Source: Epiperipatus broadwayi
Lineage: Eukaryota; Animalia; Onychophora
Length of the DNA: 64,000 nucleotides
Reading direction: 5' to 3'
NCBI GenBank assembly: GCA_028023455.1
Contig: JAQFVV010000006.1
Coordinates: 7,068,001 to 7,132,000 of the forward strand
Every line of letters begins with the position of its first letter. Position 1 is the first letter of the stretch. The translations under genes and the position numbers were made by a program. Shown here piece after piece: positions 1 to 10,668 of this stretch. Under the pieces are notes generated by a model. The model did not search any database, had not been told where the DNA came from, and saw only the letters and a list, made by a program, of their open reading frames with translations.

Positions 1-1512
1 TAAAACAAGGCACTATAGGTGTTACATATTCGAGTATAGACGTCTTCATAACCACAAAGCTCACTATTCGCTGAAATTTTGTTCCAATTTATCTTAATTT
101 GATGGCATTCTTATATCGAAAAATTTGCAATTCATAATATCGTTAATCTGAAGACAAATTAAATTCACTTATTTTTAAAAAATAAATTAGCTTAATTGTT
201 CTGAAGAATAAGTATATACGTATGCGCGTGCGAACGTTGTTTCTTGTGCGTACTACATATGCTATTAGATACAATTTCTACCTTATTAATATTATAATTT
301 AATGCTAATATTTTACTATGTACAGATATGAACTTACATTATATTATATTATGTATAATTATATATTTTTAATTTAATAAAAAATATTTTTTCATATTTC
401 AGATTTGAAACATATGACTTTAATTATTAAATTAAATTTAAGTTGATTTACAACACTGTGGCAAGCCAGTAAAAAAACTCAAAGTAGTCTTTATATTTTT
501 AATTTTTTTGAAAAAAATAGTTTTCATGCAATACGGATTGTTTTTAAAAAATAGCTGACGTAAAGTATATTCCTATCCGTTGAATAATAATTATTTAGTC
601 TTATGTGTTGGAAGATGATTCAATGATCGTCAATCAAGGGGAGCAGTTTCTTCCCAAGATAAATATGACTCATATATTTTCATAGCATGTGGTAACAAAT
701 TAATAACAAAGATTAAATAACTTTTTTTTATGCATAAATAATAATTCATTTAAATAAGATTATTTTTAGATCTATACGCACACAAATACGCATACATATA
801 TGAGTATACATAACTTATAAGCTAAAAATGTAACTTTCGAATTAAGATAAAATAGCAAATTCTACAATCAAAGATTGCAGGACCGAAGCCGAACTGTTAT
901 TTACGACTTAGGAACTCCCTTCTGTAAAAATATGTTAAAGAGTATATATTTCTGTAATATAATTTAAACTACACCACTCTCACGCAAAGTACGGACTGGT
1001 TTCTATCCACTTTTAACATCTCGTGGAGAGGTGTAGTCATAAACATATGACTAATACTTGTAAAAAGATACATTTAAAAGATAGAAGAAAGTAAAGGACT
1101 AACGTCATAGCATAGTGGTTACTACTTGATATATCTCTTTAAGCTCATAACGTATAGTTTTAATCTGGGCCAACCCAATTAACCATCTGGTATTCGTGAA
1201 TAATGGGTATCTAGTTACTACTAGTTATAGAGAAAACTTTCCAAGTTAAACTAGATTGATTAGTAAATACCCATATGTTGATGATAGCAACATAAATTAC
1301 AACTTCAATATAAATCAGTCTTTATTTTTGGTGGAAGAGATTTTGCATCATATGGAAACTGAATCAATGATTTATTATTAGAAGAAAGTAACAAGACGTA
1401 GAGGATTAATTATGCTTAGTGGCAATAACATTTATACATTAAAAAAAAATAATACTTATAGTTTGGTATTGCTTTACACTTTTTGACCTTCTAATCTTTT
1501 AATATTTGTATC

Positions 1513-1863
1513 TACATCATAAACTTTAATGAGTTTTTTGCATCATTAAAATGCACATTTCTTACATCATAAACTTTAACGAGGCTTTTGCATCATTAAA
1601 ATGCACACTTCTTACATCATAAACTTTAATGAGGTTTTTGCATCATTAAAATGCACACTTCTTACATCATAAACTTTTAATGAGTTTTTGCATCATTAAA
1701 ATGCACACAGTTCTTTAACATCTAATCTTTTAATAGTTATGGCTGCATCATAAACTTTAATGAACTTTTTGCATCATTAAAATGTCCAGTTCTTTAACTT
1801 TTTGTCTTTTAATATTTGTATCTACATCATAAACTTTAATGAGCTTTTTGAATCATTAAAATG
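1513..1863. repeat. Minisatellite, about 50-bp unit x6 (outer units longer, about 80 bp)
   Basis: Repeated CATCATAAACTTTAATGAGNTTTTTGCATCATTAAAATG. Each unit contains the inverted pair TTTAATGA/TCATTAAA. Confidence 0.9.
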
Positions 1864-3572
1864 AAAAATAATACTATAAGTGAAGAATCTCTTCTTTATC
1901 AGCTCTATTTTTAAAATGTATAAAGCAATAGTAAATCATAATTATCTTAGAGATTTTTTATTGCTTACCAAAGCAATGAAAAGTCTTTGCCAAATGACTT
2001 AATAGTGTTGGCCCACGAACATGTATATTGATATGCATTAGGTGAAAACCAGCACCATCCCAAGCAGTGAAATGTATTATATGTACTAGTACCATGTTTT
2101 CAAATCCACTTTCTTGTTGATTATTTTTATTATTAAAAGGAGGTTGCCTTAACAACAGTTTACGACTATTGATTGTTATTAATATCAGGATTGTCTAATT
2201 GTTGACTGGTTTTAATGAATACACATTTATAAATAGTGAACAAATTAATGCATACTTAATATTCTATTCTACAAGATGACTTATGCATATGTGTGTATGC
2301 ATAAAAACATCAAATGGCCTTATTGCTTGGGAGTTCTTAAAAAGTTCAAGTGTTGTAATTGATTGCGATCCATTTGAACTGACTTCCGGAGTCTAGCACC
2401 ATGCATTGACTGCTCGGAAGTTTGTAAAAAGTATCAGGATCTAGTTCAGTGATCCACAACACAATAATATATATATATCTATCTTATTTTTTGTTGGAAA
2501 ATTTTCTAGTATGTTGACAGCAGATGCATTTGCTATGTTTTATGGCCTGTGTTCAAACCTGGGTCAAGTAAAAACGTTTTTCAGATTTTATCAGCCTTAA
2601 ACATTTTTTCAGAAACCTAGACTATAGTAAACTAAACAAAACATAATATTGGTTGGTAAATGAGTATCTATTTGTTTTTAGCTAGAAGGTAAAAGAAAAA
2701 TGGGAAAACATGAAATCTCTTCTATTTTGGCAATAAGCAAGCATGATGAATAACACTTACAAAGAAATAGTAACGTAGAGAGGCAGATGATCATGAATTT
2801 GTTCTAAAGTTTCTACTTTAAAAGCTGTTTACTTATCCATTTTACTTTGTACGGGGGGGGGGGTCATAAATTCTCAAGCATCCAAATAATTGGTTATCTT
2901 TGCATGTCTTTTTGTTTCCTGTTTCTTTTAGATTGACAAAGATTTTTAATGCAAAATCATTTAAAGGGACTTTAACTTTTAGCATAGATATATATAGCCT
3001 ATTACTTATTATATAGATATATTGATACATCCATCAAATGGGCCACGATTTATATTAAACGAAGCATACTATCTTGGCTGGGCTTTTCCACTACCTAAAA
3101 AACCTATTGGCATTTGGAAACTTTTAGGATTAGTTTAACTATAGGTTTATTTATAGAAAAACTTGCCAATTCTGGAAATCGTACGTTTAAATATTATCTA
3201 CTATGCTTCGCCAATCGATTGAACAGTCTATTATTAAGTTTTAGTGTTTCCTAGATCATTGAAGTTATCTTCAATATAGAAAAATGTTTTTTTGTTAGAA
3301 GTGTATTTCACTTCTTTATCATTTACGAGAAGAGCAGGAGTATAATAATAGGAATTTATTTATTGCACACAACAGAGCAGTTGTGTAACTTAAAGAGTTG
3401 AGTGTACATATATGTTTAAAATCTGAAAAAAAAAAGATTCACACAAAAATTATTTATAACTGAAACACACAGGCTTATTATATACCTGTGTCTACATATG
3501 TAATATATAGGGTATTTGAGCACAGACTTTCACATGATTCATCACTCTCCACACTATCTCATAACACTGATC

Positions 3573-3616
3573 ACCAATATCCGTATTTCATGCTAAACCA
3601 GCAATCATCAGTTGGT
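3573..3616 (-). ncRNA. Type I hammerhead ribozyme motif, family A (5'-truncated copy)
   Basis: Minus strand reads ACCAA-CUGAUGA-UUGCUGGUUUAGCAU-GAAA-UACGGA-UA-UUGGU. Core is intact, stem I is ACCAA/UUGGU, stem II is UGCU/AGCA with a U.U closing pair, and stem III has 2 bp. Confidence 0.75.
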
Positions 3617-3721
3617 AAAAGATAGTAATATTTACTAAGGCAATAAACCTAAAGCATGTGCGGTTGAAAATGCGAAAGTAGGGACCTCTTATAAATGATA
3701 ATAAAGTCCAACTAAAAATTA

Positions 3722-4037
3722 GACAATAATATTGGCAACATCAGGTATTTGGGCATTCCATCATCAGATATTCAATGGTATGAAAGACCGAATAGTTGGA
3801 GGATGGAGTAAATTGAAGCCTGTCCAGTAAAATCTTAAGATTTGCTGTCTTAATATAAACTGAGCACTGATTAAATATGTGTGTGAGGTGATGATCTGGA
3901 CCAACTGATGGGAGCTGGTTCAGCATGGAATATGGATATTGGAGACCGTTTATCTTCTTCACAAGTATATCATGTGTATCAGTTGCATGAGATATACTCT
4001 GAAAGGAGCTTGTAAAGACTAGGTTCAAATCCCCTAT
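3722..4037 (+). mobile_element. Family A hammerhead repeat, partial copy with degenerate ribozyme at about 3889-3945
   Basis: Colinear with 10490-10640 and 10180-10340. The core is mutated to CTGATGG...GGAA. Confidence 0.75.
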
Positions 4038-5482
4038 AAAGTAAACAAATAATTATTTCTAATACTGATATCTTCAAATAATTTGTTTAAAATTTAAATT
4101 AAAGATTTAATTAAATAAATAGATTATTTATTTGATTCTGATTTTTAAAAAAAAATATATATTTTTTTTGAGAGGAAACAGATGTTGTTTTTATATACAT
4201 GTAATTAAAAGTAATTTAAATACTGTATTCAATTAGAAATGCTTTGAAATAGCCAATGTAGCTTATAAAAGATTAATTCTGCTGTTTTATTAAATTTAAG
4301 ATATTTTATATAAAGAAGAATCGGAAAAACGTAATAAATCAAGAAACTATTTCTTTTTAAAAAGAGAAGTAATGAAATGTATTTAGTATTGTTAGACTGT
4401 AAATAATGATAGTAATAACAACAACAGCAGCAGCATGGTAACAACAACAACAATAATGATGATGATGATAATGATAAAAAAAAACAACTATTGGATTAAT
4501 AGGATTATCTTATTTTTAATAAAGAAAAAAAACATACTCTTTAATGTCTCTTAATCGACCATTCTATTTTTATATAAATTACTACATGCAAGATGTAAGA
4601 TTTACAAAATATATATAATATAAATTGTTTTATATATAATGTAAATATGTTAGAAAGTTATTGAAATAAAATTATAAAATTCTATAACTTTCAAATATTA
4701 CTTTTCATACGCAAATACACGTGTGTAAGTTGAACGGGCAAACAAACTAAATGTTTGTGTATCCATACATCTCACTATATATATATATTATTGCCTATTA
4801 AATATATATAATTCGGATTCAAACCAGTTCTAGTGACTATATAATTGGCTCTAGGTGAAGCGCAAATCTGCAGGGCAGATTTCCAGCTTCAATACCATGA
4901 TTATATATACATTTGTTTACAGGCAATTACATATAGCATATTTACTTGATGTTCTTAGTTTGTTTATCCATTAGTAAAATTACATTTTTCTATTTGGCTT
5001 TTTTGCCTCATAATTCAATAATATTGTACTTTATTTATTCTGCCAAACAATTTATAATTTCAAATGACATGCAAGATAAGTTCTAATAACCGAGTCTAAT
5101 CTTTCTGTCATATTAGTATACGTCTTTTCTTCAAAACCTATTGATTATTATTGTTAATTAATTAAAGCTTTAGTTTAATCATATTTTACAAAAAATAAGC
5201 TGTTGAACGAAGTGAGTGGTTTTGAAATAAATTACTGTTTATATACACAGTCCGAAACAAGGCTCAAGACAGCCATAAATAAATAATGTTGGTTATATCT
5301 TGAGACAATAGAAAGTCAGTAACCATGACAACTAACTGAAACACAAAATGAATCTGTTTGGCTAATTAATCTTGATACTTATCTGTTATGCTTGGGAGAT
5401 GATTATTGGAATTTTGAAGGACTTTTTCGAATGCAAGATATATACTGTATATATTAATTTTTGAATTTTAAAATACCAAGTT

Positions 5483-6355
5483 GGTACTGTGGTATTAGAG
5501 CTGCGACATGAAGAATTATAATCGTTTAATCATTAAATTAATTAGGTTATTAAATCAAAAACATATTTTAAAATCTACATTTAAAAAAAAAAACAATTTA
5601 ACAAAAAAAAATAGGAAAAGCATTAATGTGAAGAATAGTTAAAATGCGTGTTTAAATCAAATTGAGTGTGTTTGCACGTGCATATTCTGCACAATCTATT
5701 TTAATACCTTATACAGGCTTACACCTGCATTTATATATGTAATATATGCGGGATTTGAACTCAGACTTTCACATGACCTACAACTCTCAGTGCCATCTTA
5801 TATTGCTGACTCACCTGATCACACACATGTTGAAAAGATAAATAATCACCAATATCCGTACTTCGTGCTAAATCAGCACTCATTAAGTATGAAGATTGGT
5901 TATCTTAATATAAAGTTGAGTACTAATTGTACATATGTGTGGAGATGATAATCTAAACCAAATGATGAGTGCTGGTTTAGCCCGAAATACGGATATCGGT
6001 GATTATTTATCGTTTCAATGTGTGTGATCAGGTGAGTCAGCAATATAAGATGGCACTGAGAGTTGTAGGTCATGTGAAAGTCTGAGTTCAAATCCCGCAT
6101 ATATTACATATATAAATGCAGGTGTAAGCCTGTATAAGGTATTAAAATAGATTATACAGAATATACACGTGCAAACACACTCTCAACATGCATGTTGACT
6201 ATTCTTCACATTAATGCTTTTCGTATTTTTTTTTGTTAAATTGTTTTTTTTTTTTTTAATATAGATTTTAAAATAAGTTTTGATTTAATAATCTAAATAA
6301 TTTAATGATCAAACTATTATAATTCTTCATGTCGCAGCTATAATACCACAGTACC
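5483..6355. repeat. Fold-back inverted repeat, about 400-bp arms (5483-5883 / about 5963-6355), containing family A hammerhead modules in both orientations
   Basis: GGTACTGTGGTATTAGAGCTGCGACATGAAG at the left end is the near-exact reverse complement of CTTCATGTCGCAGCTATAATACCACAGTACC at the right end. Similarity continues through the whole arm, roughly 90% by eye. Confidence 0.9.
5948..6006 (+). ncRNA. Type I hammerhead motif, family A (C3 mutated to A)
   Basis: ATAATCTAAACCAA-ATGATGA-GTGCTGGTTTAGCCC-GAAA-TACGGA-TA-TCGGTGATTAT. The distal stem I helix is AUAAUC/GAUUAU. Confidence 0.65.
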
Positions 6356-7456
6356 TAAAAGTTTTCATCAACCACAAAAACGGACAATATAAACATATTA
6401 CTAATTGTTTAGGTCACGTGACATTCAGTTCAAGTAGCGACAGATTGAGCATTTAAAACTTCTATTAAGAAATCTTAGCTGAATTTATTTTCAATTTGCA
6501 TTAAGCACTTGAAAATTGATCCTGGAGTCGTTGTTGTTATATTCACCATTTTCTCATTATCCTAAATTGCATATGACCAAAATAGTCAAATGGTTCATTA
6601 CTGAAAAGGTCATGTGATATTCATGAACCAAAAGAAATATAGAGATAAGATTTAGAAAAATTTAGCTCTTAAATATACCTTATTATCGTGTTCTGAGTCA
6701 TACAGGGCATTAATGGAATGTAAATTGAAACAAATAATGAATATCAATTATCCAAGCATACCCTTTCACAAAATAATACAGAGTAAAAAGGGAATTAATG
6801 ATACTATAAATTAAAATAAAAAAGTGAATGTTAATTAGTCTAATGAGCATATTTCAAATCTACAAAAAAAAAAAAACACCCCATAATTAACCTCTTAAGG
6901 TTGCGGTTGATCTGAGAGATGCAAACATACTCTTTTCTTAAATATTGTTACATACATCAGATTCATACATTCAAGTCATGACTAACCATATATTTGTATA
7001 AGACAAATTTTAAACTCTAACAGTAAAGCTTCCAGTTTGGTTATAGCATGTATTTCATAAGTAAATTGTACATGAAAGATACCACAACATTCAAAGAGTG
7101 TTAGTGTAGCCGTAAAAATAATTCCTAGATTGTAATAATAAATAATATCTTTTATTGTATAAATAAAAGCAATTTTGCAATTCTTTTTTAAACATATATT
7201 ATTAAAGAACATATTTCTCCGTTACATGAAATTTCCGCTGCAATTTTTTTAACCATAACATTTATATTTTAATTTTTTTTCTTTAATAATTTCTAGATTA
7301 TAATTCTTAAATAAATAACATGTATATTATGTAAATATAGGAATACATACAAAGTATCCTAAGAAAAGCTTGTTTAATGCTTTAAAAATATATATGCTAG
7401 ATATATAAAAATAGTCTGCTAAGCATACTTCCGACTATCTGATAGTTATAATTGTT

Positions 7457-8723
7457 GGTAATACAGCATCTATTGATCCACACGACCTGATGGCACTGTA
7501 TCTATGCTAAAGCACAAATATGCTGTTTACAAGGCTGCTCATAGATCTTACGGCCTGTAAAGTGTTCAAACACTAAGATGTTGAAGTGCACCCTTACCCC
7601 GACATCTCTAGCATGTTGAACATTATTAGCGATGAGTATACAACACTCTCTATAGACATTACTCTTAACTATTGTACAGCGTATAATATGAAGGTTTCTG
7701 TACTTGTAATGACAAAAAGTATATTAGAACATATTTTTTTTTTGCTTCAATGTACTGTAATTGATGTGAGTTCATAAAAATTGTAATGAATTGTCAAACG
7801 CCCCTACTTTTGTTGGCAGGGGTCAGAATTCACTAAATGAGGAGTGTAAATCACGATTCGGCAAAGTTCACGATCAAGTTGCGCACTTTCCAAGACTTTT
7901 TTGAGATCAAAACAGTTCAATGGCAGACGACCATTCGGCATTGTAGTTTTGAGATTTACCTGCTACAGAAGAAGATACGCTGGCCTTCCTTCAACCCCAA
8001 AAAAGAAAATATTTTACACACCCAGAAAAAACCTGTCTTTTGTGGTGGTTCAATGAAATTAAGGCATTGTCAAACATCTGAAATGGAATGTCAATCACGT
8101 CAATGGCAACGAAGGTATTCCATTCGCTCATGGGACAGGCTTTGAGGGCTGCCTGGGAATCACTTTTTCCCAAGTGGTAAGGCTAATTGATTCTTGAAAA
8201 CAGGATCAGCTTACAGTGAAGCATATTAGAGCTGAGTTGGAAAGGTGTCAAAACGCCATAAGGAATATGACGACAAGTCTTAGAGAGGTCTGTCGAGAAA
8301 GCCTTGTTTCTCGATAAACAAAACAAAAAAAAAAGTTTCTTCAAAAACAATAAAAAAGACTTTGTTATAATAAAAAAAATAAAAGTTTCTTTGAAAAACA
8401 AAAAGAGACCGGACAAAAAGAAATGTTTTTTTTTTTTTTAAAAAAAAAAAGACGGAATATTTTAAAAAGCCAAAAAAAAAAAAATAAAAAATAAAAAAAC
8501 ATTTTTTTATTTTTAAGAAATATACATTAAACCGGTTACAAAAAACAAAAACAAAAACAATAACATACAACAACAACAACAACAACAACAAAATCAAACA
8601 AATCCAAAAATTAAAAACATAAATCAACAAAATTTGAAAAACAGCCCGGTAACATTATATCTATTCATTTTTCACTAGCAACAGCGCCATCGGACGGTGT
8701 GGATCAATAGATGCTGTATTACC
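7457..8723 (+). mobile_element. Merlin (IS1595/ISXO2-like) DNA transposon, defective
   Basis: Perfect 27-bp TIR GGTAATACAGCATCTATTGATCCACAC, extending imperfectly to about 43 bp. The 8-bp TSD TAATTGTT is at 7449-7456 and 8724-8731. An internal transposase remnant is present. Confidence 0.85.
7920..8305 (+). pseudogene. Merlin transposase N-terminal remnant with stops and frameshifts
   Basis: Manual translation gives DLPATEEDTLAFLQ..., CGGSMKL...CQSRQWQRRYSIR and VRLIDS*KQDQLTVKHIRAELERCQNAIRNMTTSLREVCRESL. This resembles the N-terminus of animal ISXO2-like transposases. No intact DDE core is visible. Confidence 0.65.
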
Positions 8724-9699
8724 TAATTGTTTTTTTGAAAAAAGTTAAAAAATCTTGGAATTAAAATAAAATAAAAGCAATAATGCTGTGTTTGAATTTA
8801 TTTTTTTTACAGTTTAACACATACTATTAATGAATTTTGTTTCAGATACACACAATCTCTGGTAATATTTACTAAGGCAATAAACCTCAAGCAATGTGCA
8901 CTTGAAAATGCGAAGGTAGGGACCTCTACAGGTCTTAACCACAAGCTTATGCTTTGGAAGAAAAGAGGGGAACCCCTTCCTTACTTACGTAATCAATGTG
9001 CGTTAAATAAATTTATAATTACAATCTCTAGTGTAATTTTTTGATTATGACTGTTAAATTTATTCACTAATGGAATTCCTGAAGTCATGTTAAATAACTG
9101 AAAAATTGTATACAAATGATTTATCACTAATCCCATGCTAAATTAGAGTGATATTATAGTAAAAGCTCAAATAATGATGATAATAATAATAATTTGCATT
9201 GCTCAGGGAAAATTTTCATTTATGGGAAAGAAAAAAATAGCATATAATAAATCAAATGAAATTCAAAGGATTTCATTTTTATTTTAAAAATATATTTATT
9301 AACATAATACAATTTGTACAGATGAATACTAATGTTGGCTCAAATCTATTGCTGGTATTGGCTTCCTCCACCAAGGCTGACTTGGTCATGTGGGTGTCCT
9401 AGGTCTAGTAGATGTATGGCAGAGCCATTAACTACACTAACAGGTTGATGTATAAGTAAGTAGCATTCCATTTTGTTGGTATTGTTCACCCCTTTTAAGG
9501 ATGGCTCTATAATGCTGATATATCAGAACTGGTATCCATGTGGTGTGGAATCATTGCCTCTCTAGCAGGATCCGGCATGTTGCATAAATAACTTTACACA
9601 TTTTAAACAAACAAAAAGAAAATTCTCTATGTACTGTTTTTAAATATTTATAATATTTACTTTATTTAATAGATTGTCATGGTAATACTTATAAAAATG

Positions 9700-10172
9700 A
9701 CTATATAGGGAATTTGAACACAGACTTTCAAACTTCCTTAGGATATCCACTCTATGTTATACAAGCAATACACATGCCTACCCACATGCAAAAAAGGTAA
9801 ATAGTTTCCAATATACATTTCATGCTGAACCAGCACTCATCATTGGTCTGAATCATCATCTCCCACACATATATACAATCAGTGCTCAGTTTATATTGAG
9901 GTAGCAAATCTTCAAACTTTAATGAACAGACTTCAATATACTCCAACCGCTAACTCTTTAACCATTCATCTGATAATGGAATGCTTAAACCTCTTGTTGA
10001 TAATATTATTGTCATGTCCATGTTGAACTTTAAGTCATTCTGACTCCTCATGTATAGTACCATATCCATTTAAATATACTGAGGAGGCTTGGGTAGAATA
10101 CAGGATGGATTTGTTAATATTTGAATATAAGTATAATTTATATACTTGGAGTTTAGATGTAGTATAGGGGAT
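9700..10172 (-). mobile_element. Family A hammerhead repeat, one complete circularly permuted monomer (about 460-470 bp), ribozyme at about 9808-9857
   Basis: On the minus strand it begins and ends at CCCTATA. It is the reverse complement of 10335-10640 joined to 10180-10340. Ribozyme reads ACCAA-(C lost)UGAUGA-GUGCUGGUUCAGCAU-GAAA-UGUA-UA-UUGG. Confidence 0.8.
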
Positions 10173-10177
10173 TTTAT

Positions 10178-10646
10178 GCGCAGATGATGATCTGGACTAA
10201 CTGATGAGTGCTGCTTCAGCACAGAATGTGTTATTTGAGATTATTTATCTTTTTTTGCATGTGTGTGGTTACGGGTATCGATTATATGAGATAGAGTGGA
10301 TAGCCTAAGGAAGCTTGAAAGTCTATGTTCGAACCCCCTATATTAGATCTAAACTCCAAGTATATAAATTATATTATATTCAAATATTATAAAATCAACC
10401 TGTACTCTGCCTATCCCTCTTCTGCATATTTAAATGAACAAAGTCCTATACACGAGGGGTCAGAGGGAATTAAAATCAAGATGGGCATGACAATAATATT
10501 GGCATCAACAAGGTATTTGGCATTCCATCATCAAATTTTCAATAGTATGGATAGCTGAAAAGTTGGAAAAAGTATATTGAAGCCTGTCCATTAAAGTTTG
10601 ATTTATCTTAATATAAACAAAATACTGATGGTATATATTTATATAT
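10178..10646 (+). mobile_element. Family A hammerhead repeat, first unit of a tandem array (interrupted by RTE insertion)
   Basis: Starts at the hammerhead (CTGATGA at 10201, GAAA mutated to AGAA) and runs through the whole monomer up to the (TA)n where the RTE tail begins. Confidence 0.8.
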
Positions 10647-10668
10647 ATCATCATCATCATCATCATTA

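Noticed and set aside
969-1038. 70-nt hairpin (ACTACACC...GGTGTAGT) as a pre-miRNA
   Set aside because: The arms are only about 16 bp with bulges and the loop is about 36 nt, which does not fit pre-miRNA geometry.
1513-1863. CRISPR-like array of palindromic repeats
   Set aside because: There are no unique spacers, the units are contiguous, no cas genes are present, and the context is eukaryotic.
2538-2570. tRNA/SINE-like GTTCAAACCTGGG fragments (also about 24852-24875 and 63843-63858)
   Set aside because: They are B-box-like only, with no cloverleaf or A box, and too short to call a tRNA or define a SINE.
3735-3775. Antisense hammerhead inside family A (CTGATGATGGAATGCC...AAA; also about 9968-9990 and 10510-10540), which would make the monomer ambisense like a viroid
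   Set aside because: None of the three copies has GAAA after the putative stem II, and no stem I pairing could be found.
8280-8630. Hydrophobic 116-aa ORF
   Set aside because: It is the translation of a low-complexity A/T tract.
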